Assembly (NCBI GenBank): GCA_963663865.1
Contig: OY760686.1
Location: 256,001-320,000, forward strand
Reading direction: 5' to 3'
From: Spirochaetota bacterium
GTDB lineage: Bacteria; Spirochaetota; UBA4802; UBA5550
DNA: 64,000 nt
Shown: piece after piece, positions 20,360-30,347 of the stretch
Numbering within the stretch: position 1 is the stretch's first letter
Layout of the letters: each line of letters begins with the position of its first letter
The notes under the pieces: model-generated
What the model was told of the DNA's origin: nothing
The model's input: only the letters and a program-made list of their open reading frames with translations
Databases searched by the model: none
Position numbers and translations under genes: made by a program

Positions 20360-23173
20360 ATGAGTAAAATTCTGTCCTTATTTTTCCTTATCATACTTTT
20401 TTTAGGAAGCGGATGCGGAAGCGCATCAGATTCCGGTTCAATTTTTGATCCCGATTCTGAAGAAACATTAGATCCGTCTGACCCGGTACAGGAAGAAGAG
20501 GATGAGTCTGATGACCGAGAAAATATTGTCCGTGAAAATGACGAATCGGGTCTTCCGCAATGGGAAGTGGAAGGCCTTTTTCCGGCAAAAGACTATAGTT
20601 CAACCAGGTACAGTTCTCAAATGCTTAAAAAATCGTCAATACATTCAGGAACTAAAGCCCTTATAGCCGATGCAGAGAGCAACGATAATCCCCTTGGGAG
20701 CACGGAATACCTCATGAAACGGTCGGAATTTTTTATTTCCGGTGTTGAGCTCAAGGAGCAGGATACTGATACAGCCTACATTTCTGAGACAAGGGCCAAG
20801 AACTGGATGTCTGCTGTTTTTCAGGACAAAAGTGCAGATTCCGGTAAATTCTATATTTCAGACAGATACAACGGCGAAGGCAGCGGATGGGACTGCCCGA
20901 AAAAGTCTGTTGGAGCTGACGTAGACGGAGACGGCCGTGAAGAGATTATCATGGCCCTCTTTGACGGAGATCGACGAAAGTTGAGAATGATAAACAGCAA
21001 TGATGAAGATAAAACTGTCTCCTCACATGAGGTCTTGAATATCGCTGCCTACACCGACTGGGAACCGGACAATAAGCTTGTGTACAACGATTCCGACGGC
21101 GAATTCCAGAGAGCGTACATGGCAACAGATATCGCGGCGGGAGATATTGATGATGACGGCAGAGATGAAATAATTTTCTGCTCCGGAAGAGAGCTGTATA
21201 TCCGTAATGACTCGAAAAGAGACTTTAGCAAGATATACGGTAAGAAATTTGACATCTTCGATGACAATGACAGAAGTTACTATTACATGCGTCTCGCTAC
21301 TGCCGACTTCAATCTGGACGGTCATGATGAACTCGTTGTGGTCGTCGGCAACGATAAGCCCAACACTGCAGAGTATTATATCTATGACTTCTCAAAATCA
21401 TCTTCAAACCCTTCTGTGATGAAACACGCTAAAGTCTCAATGTCCTATAATGGAGATACGTATAGCCTGAGAGCGGCAGACATTGCCACAGGAGATTTTG
21501 ACCGTGATGGTTTACCTGAAATAGCCTTTGGGGGCCGCTACAGCGGATCAACACTGCCTGACAATTCAGACTATAAATCTACAGAAAGATGGTTTTTTAT
21601 AGTTCTGAATACTGAGATTGACAATGATGGTGAACCTGAATTCAAATTTTATAGCGCACTGGCTCAAAGCAGTTCCTATGACAGCACAAAAGACAGGACA
21701 AACATTATACCGCCGCTGAATTCAGGCGACATTGACGGCGATGGATATCCGGAAATAGTGGCCGGCAAGCAGATTCTCTACCTTTCAGGAATAACTGCCG
21801 CAGAAAACACTGCCGCTCTTTCCCGGATGTGGTCAGGCGGCAGCCCCAACAGCAATACCCCCAGCACGAATGATGTTATCGTTGATGAAGGAGACGGCAA
21901 AATGGCACTGTACGACATTGTTGCCGTGGGTGACTATACTAAAGACGGCAAGGATGATATCGCCTTTGTAACAAGAGATGAAAAATATATTAACATTCTG
22001 TCCGATAAAAACGGCAAAAGGTCAGCCAGAAGGATTGAACTTAACAGAGCCTACGATGTTGAGGATAATGACACGAGAGACTATTTCCCTGTCATCTCGG
22101 CTGTAGATTTCGACGAAGACAGTCTCAGAGTTAGATATATTCAGCATGAAGTTATTTATTCCAAAGTCGACGTTGTTGCCGTTCTCGATTCACCGCCTTA
22201 CTGGGAAGGCTTTAACGGACCAGACGAGGGTTATGAAGGCGGAACAACCTACGAAGACAGCCACTCAGAAACAGAAGAGATATCCAGGATACATTCAATC
22301 TCGGTCGGAGCCACCGTCGGTTTTAAAGTGGGAGAAGAGGATGTAGCCGATGTTGAAACAAAGATTACCGCAACACACTGCTGGTCATGGGGCTGGTCAA
22401 AGACTACAGAGCTTACAAATGCCTGGGGATTTACAGCAAACCTCGGGGAAGCAAAAGTCTACATGATCCGTGTTCCTTACGATGTATACTACTACGAAAT
22501 ACTGATGTCCAATAACCAAAACGAGATCGGCGATGTTGTTACAATAAGGGTCCCCAGAACAATTGAAAATGCCTTTGTTTCTCTTGATTATTATAATCAA
22601 AGTGTCGAAAATTATAATTCATCTATAACAACTTACAACACCCTGAATAATTCCTTCTATTCGACATTATCCAGGATAGAGATTGGACACGAGTTTGGGG
22701 ATCCTGCAAGCTATTCCTCTTCTTCAGATTTGACCCTGCTTAAAAATAACTGCAATAGCGAGGCCGACGACGCCGGCTACGACCCGGTGTTCCTCTATTC
22801 AACCGCCCAGAACACTGTAGGAAGAGGAGACGGCACGAGTTATCAGTCAATGTCAACCTCATCATCAGAGTTTGACATTCAGGCGAGCACGTGGACAGGA
22901 TCACTTGCTGTTGAAGCTGAAATTGGGTGGGCTATATTGGGATTTGAGGTTTCTTATTCGAATGAATACACGGTTTCGACCGGTTTTACTGACAGTACCA
23001 CAGTCACGGGGGAAGTTCCGGACATCCCAAACAGTTTAGCTCCGTCATACGAATACAACTGGGGCCTCATGATGTATACAAAAGGTGTCGATCGGAGTAT
23101 CCTTTTAAATGATACTACAATAACCGGAAAAGATTCCTACCTGTATGTGACCTACTGGACAGATACAGAGTAA
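20360..23173 (+). CDS. Large FG-GAP (Ca-binding) repeat lipoprotein with uncharacterised C-terminal domain
   Basis: Lipobox FLGSGC. Repeats ADVDGDGREEI, GDIDDDGRDEI, ADFNLDGHDEL, GDFDRDGLPEI, GDIDGDGYPEI and GDYTKDGKDDI. Confidence 0.8.
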   Translation: MSKILSLFFLIILFLGSGCGSASDSGSIFDPDSEETLDPSDPVQEEEDESDDRENIVRENDESGLPQWEVEGLFPAKDYSSTRYSSQMLKKSSIHSGTKALIADAESNDNPLGSTEYLMKRSEFFISGVELKEQDTDTAYISETRAKNWMSAVFQDKSADSGKFYISDRYNGEGSGWDCPKKSVGADVDGDGREEIIMALFDGDRRKLRMINSNDEDKTVSSHEVLNIAAYTDWEPDNKLVYNDSDGEFQRAYMATDIAAGDIDDDGRDEIIFCSGRELYIRNDSKRDFSKIYGKKFDIFDDNDRSYYYMRLATADFNLDGHDELVVVVGNDKPNTAEYYIYDFSKSSSNPSVMKHAKVSMSYNGDTYSLRAADIATGDFDRDGLPEIAFGGRYSGSTLPDNSDYKSTERWFFIVLNTEIDNDGEPEFKFYSALAQSSSYDSTKDRTNIIPPLNSGDIDGDGYPEIVAGKQILYLSGITAAENTAALSRMWSGGSPNSNTPSTNDVIVDEGDGKMALYDIVAVGDYTKDGKDDIAFVTRDEKYINILSDKNGKRSARRIELNRAYDVEDNDTRDYFPVISAVDFDEDSLRVRYIQHEVIYSKVDVVAVLDSPPYWEGFNGPDEGYEGGTTYEDSHSETEEISRIHSISVGATVGFKVGEEDVADVETKITATHCWSWGWSKTTELTNAWGFTANLGEAKVYMIRVPYDVYYYEILMSNNQNEIGDVVTIRVPRTIENAFVSLDYYNQSVENYNSSITTYNTLNNSFYSTLSRIEIGHEFGDPASYSSSSDLTLLKNNCNSEADDAGYDPVFLYSTAQNTVGRGDGTSYQSMSTSSSEFDIQASTWTGSLAVEAEIGWAILGFEVSYSNEYTVSTGFTDSTTVTGEVPDIPNSLAPSYEYNWGLMMYTKGVDRSILLNDTTITGKDSYLYVTYWTDTE

Positions 23174-23180
23174 TTTCCAC

Positions 23181-23210
23181 GGAGGATTCCGCATAAGACC
23201 GGAATCCTCC
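23181..23210 (+). terminator. Hairpin after the FG-GAP gene
   Basis: GGAGGATTCCG/CGGAATCCTCC 11-bp stem. No U tract follows. Confidence 0.5.
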
Positions 23211-23374
23211 TCCATCTATACGTAAATAATCCCACATTATTTTCCAGCGATCAGGCTTAAGTACTCCGTGTGTCTCTTTACATTCAAAAATTGCTAAAAT
23301 ATTTCTTGACCTTTTCGGTTAAAGCTCTGGTTTATTATCAATAAAAATTAATATATTTGGTATTTGAATAAATA

Positions 23375-24490
23375 GTGGACGAGATAATTGGCTATACCCT
23401 GTTTGCCCTGGGAGTAATTCTGTTACTCAGCTCCGTTCTTCAGCTGACGACAAGGAATAAAACCCGCATAAATTACCAGATGTCCTTTATGTTCATCCTT
23501 TTTTCATACTTCCTATTCTACGACTGGCTATCTCATATAAATATTCTCGAAAAGTTCCCGAAGCTTATGTATAGCGACATACCTGTTTCCTTAATACTCG
23601 GCCCGGCTATTTATCTTTTTACCAGAAACATAACCGGAGGGGAGCCTTCAGCGAGGGGGAAACTGATACTATTATTCACACCCGGGGTTCTGGTAAGTTT
23701 TTGTCTGCTGCTGTTTAATCCGGGCGGAGATATCCTCAAGGCGGGCTCACTGTTCCCGAATGGGCACAGAACCCATTTAATTATTTTTGTAGTCAGTATG
23801 ATTTCTGACATACAGTTGTTCCTGTATATCCTGGCTTCTACGCTCTCCACCAGGAAAGCAATTACCCTTAAAACACCTGACTATACAGGACTTAAAAGGC
23901 TAATAATCTTTTATTATATTTTACTGAGCAGTTTCCTGCTCTTCTTTTCTGCCTATATCATATATGATGAACGTTTAATCGGCATTGGTCTCATCATAGA
24001 TGGAATAAATGCGGTTTATCTTTTCCTGCTGACCTACCGTTATCCCGAACTCACAAAAGAATCAAGTAAAACTCCGAGGCAAAAGAACCGAAGCCAGATA
24101 AGCGGATCAGTGGAAGTAGCAGAAATTATCGAAAAGCTTAACTACCTGATGGCTACGGAAAAAATATACAGACATCAAGATCTTACCTCGCAGGCCCTCA
24201 GCAATTCGCTTGGGATAAAAAACCACCAGCTCTCAATAATCCTTAACAATTACATGAATACAACTTTCAGAGGGCTTGTAAATTCCCATCGCCTTGACGA
24301 GGCAAAAACCCTTCTGCTTGAGGACCGGACAAAATCAATACTTGAAATCGGATACTGTGTCGGTTTTAATTCCAAATCGGCCTTTAATCACTGCTTTCAG
24401 AAAGAAGCAGGGATGTCGCCGAAGGAATACAGGAACGGAGGAACAAAAACAGTTCCGCCCCTTAATTGCAAGTCAGACGGAACTGAATAA
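23375..24490 (+). CDS. Membrane-anchored AraC-family regulator
   Basis: About seven TM segments, then HQLSIILN...FRGLVNSHRL...ILEIGYCVGFNSKSAFNHCFQKEAGMSPKEYR. Confidence 0.9.
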   Translation: MDEIIGYTLFALGVILLLSSVLQLTTRNKTRINYQMSFMFILFSYFLFYDWLSHINILEKFPKLMYSDIPVSLILGPAIYLFTRNITGGEPSARGKLILLFTPGVLVSFCLLLFNPGGDILKAGSLFPNGHRTHLIIFVVSMISDIQLFLYILASTLSTRKAITLKTPDYTGLKRLIIFYYILLSSFLLFFSAYIIYDERLIGIGLIIDGINAVYLFLLTYRYPELTKESSKTPRQKNRSQISGSVEVAEIIEKLNYLMATEKIYRHQDLTSQALSNSLGIKNHQLSIILNNYMNTTFRGLVNSHRLDEAKTLLLEDRTKSILEIGYCVGFNSKSAFNHCFQKEAGMSPKEYRNGGTKTVPPLNCKSDGTE

Positions 24491-24493
24491 TCT

Positions 24494-25177
24494 CTAATTG
24501 TTCTTTTGAGGCATCAGGCTGTACAGCAATTGCGCGAAACCCTTCAGGTCGCGTGTCTGCAGCCAGACCTTTCCCGGCCCCGAAAACTCGCAGACTAGCC
24601 CCTCACCGGATGCAAGTGATGAGAATATACCCTTCGAAGCTTTTTTGATTTTGTAGGTGACGGATTCTTCAAAAGCTACCATGTTTCCGGTATCAACAAT
24701 ATAAGATTCACCGGCCGCAAGTTCCTTAAGAATAATTGCTCCGTACGAATTAAGAAAAACCTTTCCTGTTCCCGACAATTTCTGGAGAAACAGCCCTTCA
24801 CCTGAAATCATTGCTTTTAGCGATCCCTGTGTTGAAAGCGTTACGCTCCCCTCCCCTGCCAGAAAAGCCCCGCTCTGGGCAAACACCGTGTTACCGGAAA
24901 GATTAAGGTCGATAATATCTCCCGGCGATGAAGGGGCAAGTACTACCTCACCAGGGCCATTCGAAGCGGTGTACTCTGACATGAACAGACCTTCACCGCC
25001 AATGGCAGCTTTGAAAATACCGCCGATCCCTTTCCCCGCAGTTTTTGCCTTCAATTCAATGTTGGGAGACATTGAAATCATTGCTCCGCCTTCAGCCTTA
25101 ATCGTCTCCCCGTTATCCAGCTTCACCCTGAGCGACGTAAATACCGGCTGGTTTTCAATTTTAAAATCCATGTTCAC
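24494..25177 (-). CDS. TIGR00266/AIM24-family protein
   Basis: AEGGAM, two GEGLF and one GEGLV motifs, VDTGNMVAF and GPGKVWLQTR. Confidence 0.85.
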   Translation of the reverse strand: MNMDFKIENQPVFTSLRVKLDNGETIKAEGGAMISMSPNIELKAKTAGKGIGGIFKAAIGGEGLFMSEYTASNGPGEVVLAPSSPGDIIDLNLSGNTVFAQSGAFLAGEGSVTLSTQGSLKAMISGEGLFLQKLSGTGKVFLNSYGAIILKELAAGESYIVDTGNMVAFEESVTYKIKKASKGIFSSLASGEGLVCEFSGPGKVWLQTRDLKGFAQLLYSLMPQKNN

Positions 25178-25332
25178 CTCCTGAATAATTCAACAGAACC
25201 AATCTGGTCCTTATACATAGAAGTTAAGATAGCTCCATATCTTATATCAAGCAATAAACTGGGAAAGTCGGTATGTCAGAGCCGGTCAATATCAAATGCG
25301 TTGGAGTATCACAGTCTTTAGAAAACCCTGTC

Positions 25333-25371
25333 AAAAAAAAAAGGGACTGCCCTTTGGACAGCCCCCTTTTT
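25333..25371 (-). terminator. Rho-independent terminator
   Basis: On the minus strand, a GGGGCUGUCC/GGGCAGUCCC stem (with G-U pairs) followed by 10 U, downstream of the small acidic gene. Confidence 0.8.
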
Positions 25372-25430
25372 CAAATCAATCTGAAAGCAATATTCTGTTT
25401 TTTATGCTCAGATTTAAATTAATTACAATA

Positions 25431-25721
25431 TCAATAAAGCTCAGAACCGAAATCTTCGGTGTCACCGCCCCCCGAGGAATCGTCCCCATTATCACCCTCA
25501 TCACTGCCTTCTGAACCGCCGTCATCCGGCATTTCATCACCTGATCCTTCATCTCCGGACATGTCGTCTCCAGAGTCGCCATTATCAGTTTCCTCTTCAC
25601 CTGATGTCAGGATGATTGATAAATCCATCTGATTCGAAAGACCTTCCGCGCTGCTGCTGATACTCATAAAAGGCATAATGCTGAGTAAACTTACACCGAT
25701 AAAATACAAGCATCTTCTCAT
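25431..25721 (-). CDS. Small secreted Asp/Glu/Gly/Ser-rich protein
   Basis: AAGGAG RBS, signal-peptide-like N-terminus, acidic low-complexity mature part, own terminator. Confidence 0.65.
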   Translation of the reverse strand: MRRCLYFIGVSLLSIMPFMSISSSAEGLSNQMDLSIILTSGEEETDNGDSGDDMSGDEGSGDEMPDDGGSEGSDEGDNGDDSSGGGDTEDFGSELY

Positions 25722-26106
25722 TGTTTGTTCTCCTTTTCCATTGTGGAAATAAAATTATGTGTGATAAAGCTTTAAAACAATCGTCTCTTTAGGCCTTCCT
25801 CCCGGTTATTAACTCAGATTTAAGTGTATTTCAATTTACACCTGAAAACATCAGCCTTAACGCAATGACGTCGATTCGGAATCGAATTAGTCGATAAGGT
25901 TACATAAAAGTAAATACTAAAATCATGAGCTAAGAATATTTTTTCATTTTTCATTGCTCCGGGCCCTTCATTTCTTTTTTCTGAAGCAGTCTCTATTATT
26001 AAACCGCAAAAAAACAGCAATCCGGCTGAATCCGGCAAAACTTCTTGAAAGCTCGCTTTTTTTATGTAATAATATATGTTGAACATACATGAGGAGGATA
26101 ACAGCC

Positions 26107-26586
26107 ATGAATATACCCCTTCATCAGGATTACATTGACTTCATCTCCCTGCTAAACAGACACAGATGCTCGTACGCCATTATCGGCTCCTATGCCATGG
26201 CCCTATACGGATATCAGAGGATGAGCGGCAACTTCGACATACTCGTTGAACAGAACGAAAAGAATATCAGTTCCGTCTTCAAAGCCCTCCAGGAATTCGG
26301 CGCCCCTCTGCGCGGACTCACCCCCGAAGAGATGATGGAACCTGGCTTTATTTTTCAAATAGGCGTAGCGCCCGTAAGAATCGACATGTACACATCAATC
26401 GACGGAGTAGAAACCACAGACGCCCTCGCAGAGGCTGTCAGAGAAAAAATTGCTGGCCGGCAAATGCCCTTTCTGTCTCTCCAGAACATAATCAAGAGCA
26501 AGAGCTCAACAGGCCGCCCTCGCGACCTTGAAGATGTTAGAGAACTCAACCGTATAATGCAGGAGGACGTGGAGCAGCAGGCCTGA
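26107..26586 (+). CDS. Nucleotidyltransferase-like protein (DUF6036-like)
   Basis: YAIIGSYAMALYGYQRMSGNFDIL, RIDMYTSIDGV and SKSSTGRPRDLED. GAGGAGG RBS before ATG 26107. Confidence 0.7.
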   Translation: MNIPLHQDYIDFISLLNRHRCSYAIIGSYAMALYGYQRMSGNFDILVEQNEKNISSVFKALQEFGAPLRGLTPEEMMEPGFIFQIGVAPVRIDMYTSIDGVETTDALAEAVREKIAGRQMPFLSLQNIIKSKSSTGRPRDLEDVRELNRIMQEDVEQQA

Positions 26587-26715
26587 AAATAAATTCTTTA
26601 CAAAAAAGCACCTCAAGACCTCAATCACAGAGGCTTGCCCGTGTTAGAATGCGGATATACCTTCACGTATAACAAAGCCGGTCAAGCCTGGAAATCCCCC
26701 GCGAAATGAGGTGCT

Positions 26716-27879
26716 ATGTTTTTTATCGATAAACCCTACATATCTGAGCTTTTCAAAGAAACGCTTCGCATAAACAAACTTCCTGTTGCCGGAACCGGCC
26801 AGGCTCTGTCAATGCTTAATGACGAGGGCTACAATATTATAGATGAAGCTCGGGCCGTGAATTGGTTAACATCCAATCCCGCGACCCCCATATACCTTAC
26901 ATCCGAAAACGCCCTTGAATGGATTTCCGGCAACCTGGGTTCAACCACGTATCCATCACACATAAAATACTTTAAGGACAAGTCAGAGTTCAGAGAGCTA
27001 ACCTCTTCAATTTTTCCCGGTTTCTTTTTCAGAAGGGTTTCCCTCAATCGGCTTGAGGATATTGACCTTTCGGAGATACCCTTCCCGTGCGTGATAAAGC
27101 CGGCTGTCGGGTTTTTCAGTATCGGAGTGCGGACTGTTCTGTCCGAAGCGGAATGGCAAAAAGCTGTTGAAGAGATATCCTCCGCCATATCTCAAAACCA
27201 CAACTACCCGCCTGAGGTTTGCGACACAGACACATTCATCATTGAAGAATATATTGAGGGAGAAGAGTTCGCAGTCGACGCCTACTTCGACAGTGGCGGC
27301 GAGCCTGTTATTCTCGGTATATACCGCCATGTTTTTTCATCAAAGTCGGATGTAAGCGACAGGGTCTACGTTACATCCAGAGATATCATCCTTCAGAACC
27401 TCGAACAGTTCACCTCCCTTTTGCGGGAGATAGGAAAGCTTTCCGGACTGAAACAGTTCCCGATGCACCTTGAACTCAGAAGGAAGGATGACAGAATCAC
27501 TCCAATAGAAATCAATCCGATGCGTTTCGGAGGATGGTGCACAACCGCCGACATGACGCTAACAGCGTTTGGTGTAAATCCGTACATGGAATACTATAAT
27601 CAGACGGCGCCCGACTGGAGCAGCGTACTTTCAGAGGCGCCGGAAGACTCGTTCTGTATTGTTGTTCTGGACAACTCAACCGGCATTGACAGCCAGAGCA
27701 TCACAGGCTTCGACTACGACAGGCTTCAGTCACATTTTGCAAGTCCCCTTGAGCTGCGCAGGATCGACCACAGAGAGCACAATATATTCGGCTTCTTGTT
27801 CGTCCAAACTGAGTCAGAGCATTCAGAAGAGATTCAGGGAATTTTGAAGTCCGACCTGAGAGATTACATCGAAACATGA
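26716..27879 (+). CDS. ATP-grasp ligase (L-amino-acid-ligase-like)
   Basis: FKDKSEFR, VIKPAVGFFSIGV, IEEYIEGEEFAVD, HLELR and IEINPMRFGG. Confidence 0.8.
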   Translation: MFFIDKPYISELFKETLRINKLPVAGTGQALSMLNDEGYNIIDEARAVNWLTSNPATPIYLTSENALEWISGNLGSTTYPSHIKYFKDKSEFRELTSSIFPGFFFRRVSLNRLEDIDLSEIPFPCVIKPAVGFFSIGVRTVLSEAEWQKAVEEISSAISQNHNYPPEVCDTDTFIIEEYIEGEEFAVDAYFDSGGEPVILGIYRHVFSSKSDVSDRVYVTSRDIILQNLEQFTSLLREIGKLSGLKQFPMHLELRRKDDRITPIEINPMRFGGWCTTADMTLTAFGVNPYMEYYNQTAPDWSSVLSEAPEDSFCIVVLDNSTGIDSQSITGFDYDRLQSHFASPLELRRIDHREHNIFGFLFVQTESEHSEEIQGILKSDLRDYIET

Positions 27880-28078
27880 GTAAACCCTATCTGTTTGAAT
27901 ACCGCACTTTTTGAAGATAAGTCACATGTTTTAGTAATCTGCATTACGAATTGTACTGTTCCACAGATCAGAATATGTAATGAATATTTCCTTAAAAGTT
28001 TGTTGTTTTTCACTGAGAATTTACTCATAGTATTTATAAATCCCTGATTCATCGGGGCAATAATGGAGGTATCCTGAA

Positions 28079-29401
28079 ATGAGATTCCTTTCTTTACTCC
28101 TTGCCTTTATGTTTTTTTCCTGCAGCGGAGATTCATCCAGCAATGAAACTGCTGATACTCCGGAAGTCTACGATGAATATGACAGAGATATATCAAGCCT
28201 GGTTTCACCTAACGGTGTGACCTTCGACGAAGAGTTCAACAGCTACTGCACGAACATATACAATGAGGTCATGACAGAAAATGGAGAAACGAATTTTATG
28301 TTTTCCCCGTTTTCAGCAGCGGTTGCTCTGGCGATGACGGCAAATGGGGCCGGCGGCGAAACGCTGGACTCTATGCTCAATGTGCTTGGCTTTGGCGGCC
28401 TGTCCCTTGCGGACATGAACGGCTATTTGAGCAGTGTTACTTTATCTCTTTCTGATGAAAACAGCTCGTTTGAAGCCGCGAACAGCATCTGGTGCAGGGA
28501 AGATTTCACTCCGCTCAAGAGGTCATTTTACGAAATAGTAACAGATTACTATCTTGCAGATATCTATCTGCTTCAATCATACGAGCTCATCAATAGCTGG
28601 GTCAACGACAAGACCCACGGGAAAATTCCTGAACTTGTCAAAAAAGATATTGAAGGTGCGGCAATGGCCCTTGTGAACGCAATTTACTTCAAGGGGGATT
28701 GGACTTACCAATTTGAGGAAGACAACACGTCTTCGAAGAGTTTTACAACCCCTGCTGGTGAAGTACTTGTAGACATGATGTATCAGAGTGCTGAACTCCA
28801 ATATAAAAAAGGTGAAAACTATCAAGCTGTCGTGCTCAATTATTACGCTGAATGGAACGGACCAGCTTCAAGATTTTCCATGTACGTCTATCTCCCCGAT
28901 GACGCGGCTTCTCTCAGCGACTTTTACAGGCTGATGAATGGAGGGGAGACCGGTCACTACATGCCAGCGTATGTTGATGAAGCATGGAAATTCAGCTGGG
29001 AGGACAAAGATACAGATATTTTCTCTGACTTCACCAGCGCAACCGTCAGGCTTCATCTGCCGAAGTTTAAATCCGAAACAACAATCGATTTGAAAGAGAT
29101 TTTAACAAATATGGGGATGGGTTCTGCGTTTGACATAAATATCGCAGATTTTACCAACTTCTGGGATGGGAAAGAACTCTATATATCAAATGTTTTACAG
29201 AAAACATTCATTGAAGTAAATGAAACGGGAACAGAAGCCGCGGCAGCAACAGTGATCGTAGGTGACGACTGTGACGCACCTGAAGAGATTCCTCCACTTG
29301 TAGTTGATGTTAATGTCAACCGTCCTTTTTTCTACTGCATACGCGAAAACAAAACCGGGACGAACCTTTTTATGGGACAGGTCCTTAATCCCAATGAATA
29401 A
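28079..29401 (+). CDS. Serpin (protease inhibitor) lipoprotein
   Basis: Lipobox MFFSC. NFMFSPFS, INSWVNDKTHGKI, VNAIYFKGDW, LPKFK, EVNETGTEAAAAT hinge, VNRPF and LFMGQVLNP. Confidence 0.93.
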   Translation: MRFLSLLLAFMFFSCSGDSSSNETADTPEVYDEYDRDISSLVSPNGVTFDEEFNSYCTNIYNEVMTENGETNFMFSPFSAAVALAMTANGAGGETLDSMLNVLGFGGLSLADMNGYLSSVTLSLSDENSSFEAANSIWCREDFTPLKRSFYEIVTDYYLADIYLLQSYELINSWVNDKTHGKIPELVKKDIEGAAMALVNAIYFKGDWTYQFEEDNTSSKSFTTPAGEVLVDMMYQSAELQYKKGENYQAVVLNYYAEWNGPASRFSMYVYLPDDAASLSDFYRLMNGGETGHYMPAYVDEAWKFSWEDKDTDIFSDFTSATVRLHLPKFKSETTIDLKEILTNMGMGSAFDINIADFTNFWDGKELYISNVLQKTFIEVNETGTEAAAATVIVGDDCDAPEEIPPLVVDVNVNRPFFYCIRENKTGTNLFMGQVLNPNE

Positions 29402-29866
29402 TCACATTTAAAACTCACCGACTATGCCGCCAGTTGTGCTGAATTGTGCAGCCGGCGGCTCTTCTTTGTCATCTGTCAATAAGGATGATACTTCTTACAA
29501 TAATTTTACCTGACCTCCTGGAACAAAAAAACTACATATACTTGAATGTATATCAGAACTATAAACCAAATCAGCCATATCACAGCAAGTGCTTACCACT
29601 ATTCTACATAATCTGCACCAGCACAATATTAGCACCGACAAGCTTACATTCGGAATTGGACAAATGTTCAGAATTGACGAAAATCACGTCTTCAATAAGC
29701 TCAGTGACGCCATGATCGGGTTTTTGGAGATTTATTATGACTATCTGGAAGCGTTGCAGAAAAGGATTGTATAGCTATAGATTAACTTCCTTTAGGAGAT
29801 TGAGGAGTTTGTGAAAAAAGATGTGGGAAAACGATAGAAGTAATATTTTCCGCCTACCTTTTTAAG

Positions 29867-29929
29867 TGTGGTCTGTTTTTTACCACATTAAGCTTGACAA
29901 CAACAATCTGTGGTATTATATTAACCACA
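29867..29929 (+). promoter_or_regulatory. Two TGTGGT-N9-ACCACA operator palindromes around a TTGACA promoter
   Basis: Palindromes at 29867-29887 and 29909-29929. TTGACA at 29894-29899, with TATATT 17 nt downstream. Confidence 0.7.
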
Positions 29930-29972
29930 TTGTTTATTGATACAAATATTGAGGGAGAAGGAGGATAAATTT

Positions 29973-30335
29973 ATGAACGCTTTTTCTGCTTTTTTTAAAG
30001 AAATGCGTCAAAAGAAGGGAATCAGCTTAAGGCAATTTTGTTTGGAAAATCATTTTGACCCAAGCAATACTTCAAAGATGGAGAGGGGACTAATAAATCC
30101 ACCGAATGAAGAATTATTAAAAAAATACGCCTTAGCTCTCGAAATAAGCCTGTCATCACGAGAATGGGAAACAATGAGAGATTTAGCTCATGTTGCTAGA
30201 CAAACAATCCCACCAGAAGTGTTAACAGATGAGCAGGTCGCAGCCAGATTGCCTTTGTTTTTTAGAAGTGCCCGAGGAGAAAAACTTACAGAAGAAGAGT
30301 TAAAAGAATTACTGAGCATTATTAAAAAATCATAA
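29973..30335 (+). CDS. XRE-family HTH regulator
   Basis: FKEMRQKKGISLRQF...SNTSKMERG HTH. AAGGAGG RBS. Confidence 0.85.
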   Translation: MNAFSAFFKEMRQKKGISLRQFCLENHFDPSNTSKMERGLINPPNEELLKKYALALEISLSSREWETMRDLAHVARQTIPPEVLTDEQVAARLPLFFRSARGEKLTEEELKELLSIIKKS

Positions 30336-30347
30336 GAGGGATAATCT

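Noticed and set aside
26107-26586. Nucleotidyltransferase as part of a toxin-antitoxin or defence pair
   Set aside because: No cognate partner gene is visible on either side.
25431-27879. Ser/Thr/Asp/Glu-rich peptide near an ATP-grasp gene as a graspetide RiPP cluster
   Set aside because: The peptide has a secretion signal, is on the opposite strand about 1 kb away, and has its own terminator. The ATP-grasp motifs look like L-amino-acid ligases, not RimK-like graspetide synthetases.
29446-29774. Short ORFs (89 aa and 61 aa) between the serpin and the XRE gene
   Set aside because: No RBS or recognisable motif. They may be a gene fragment but cannot be supported.
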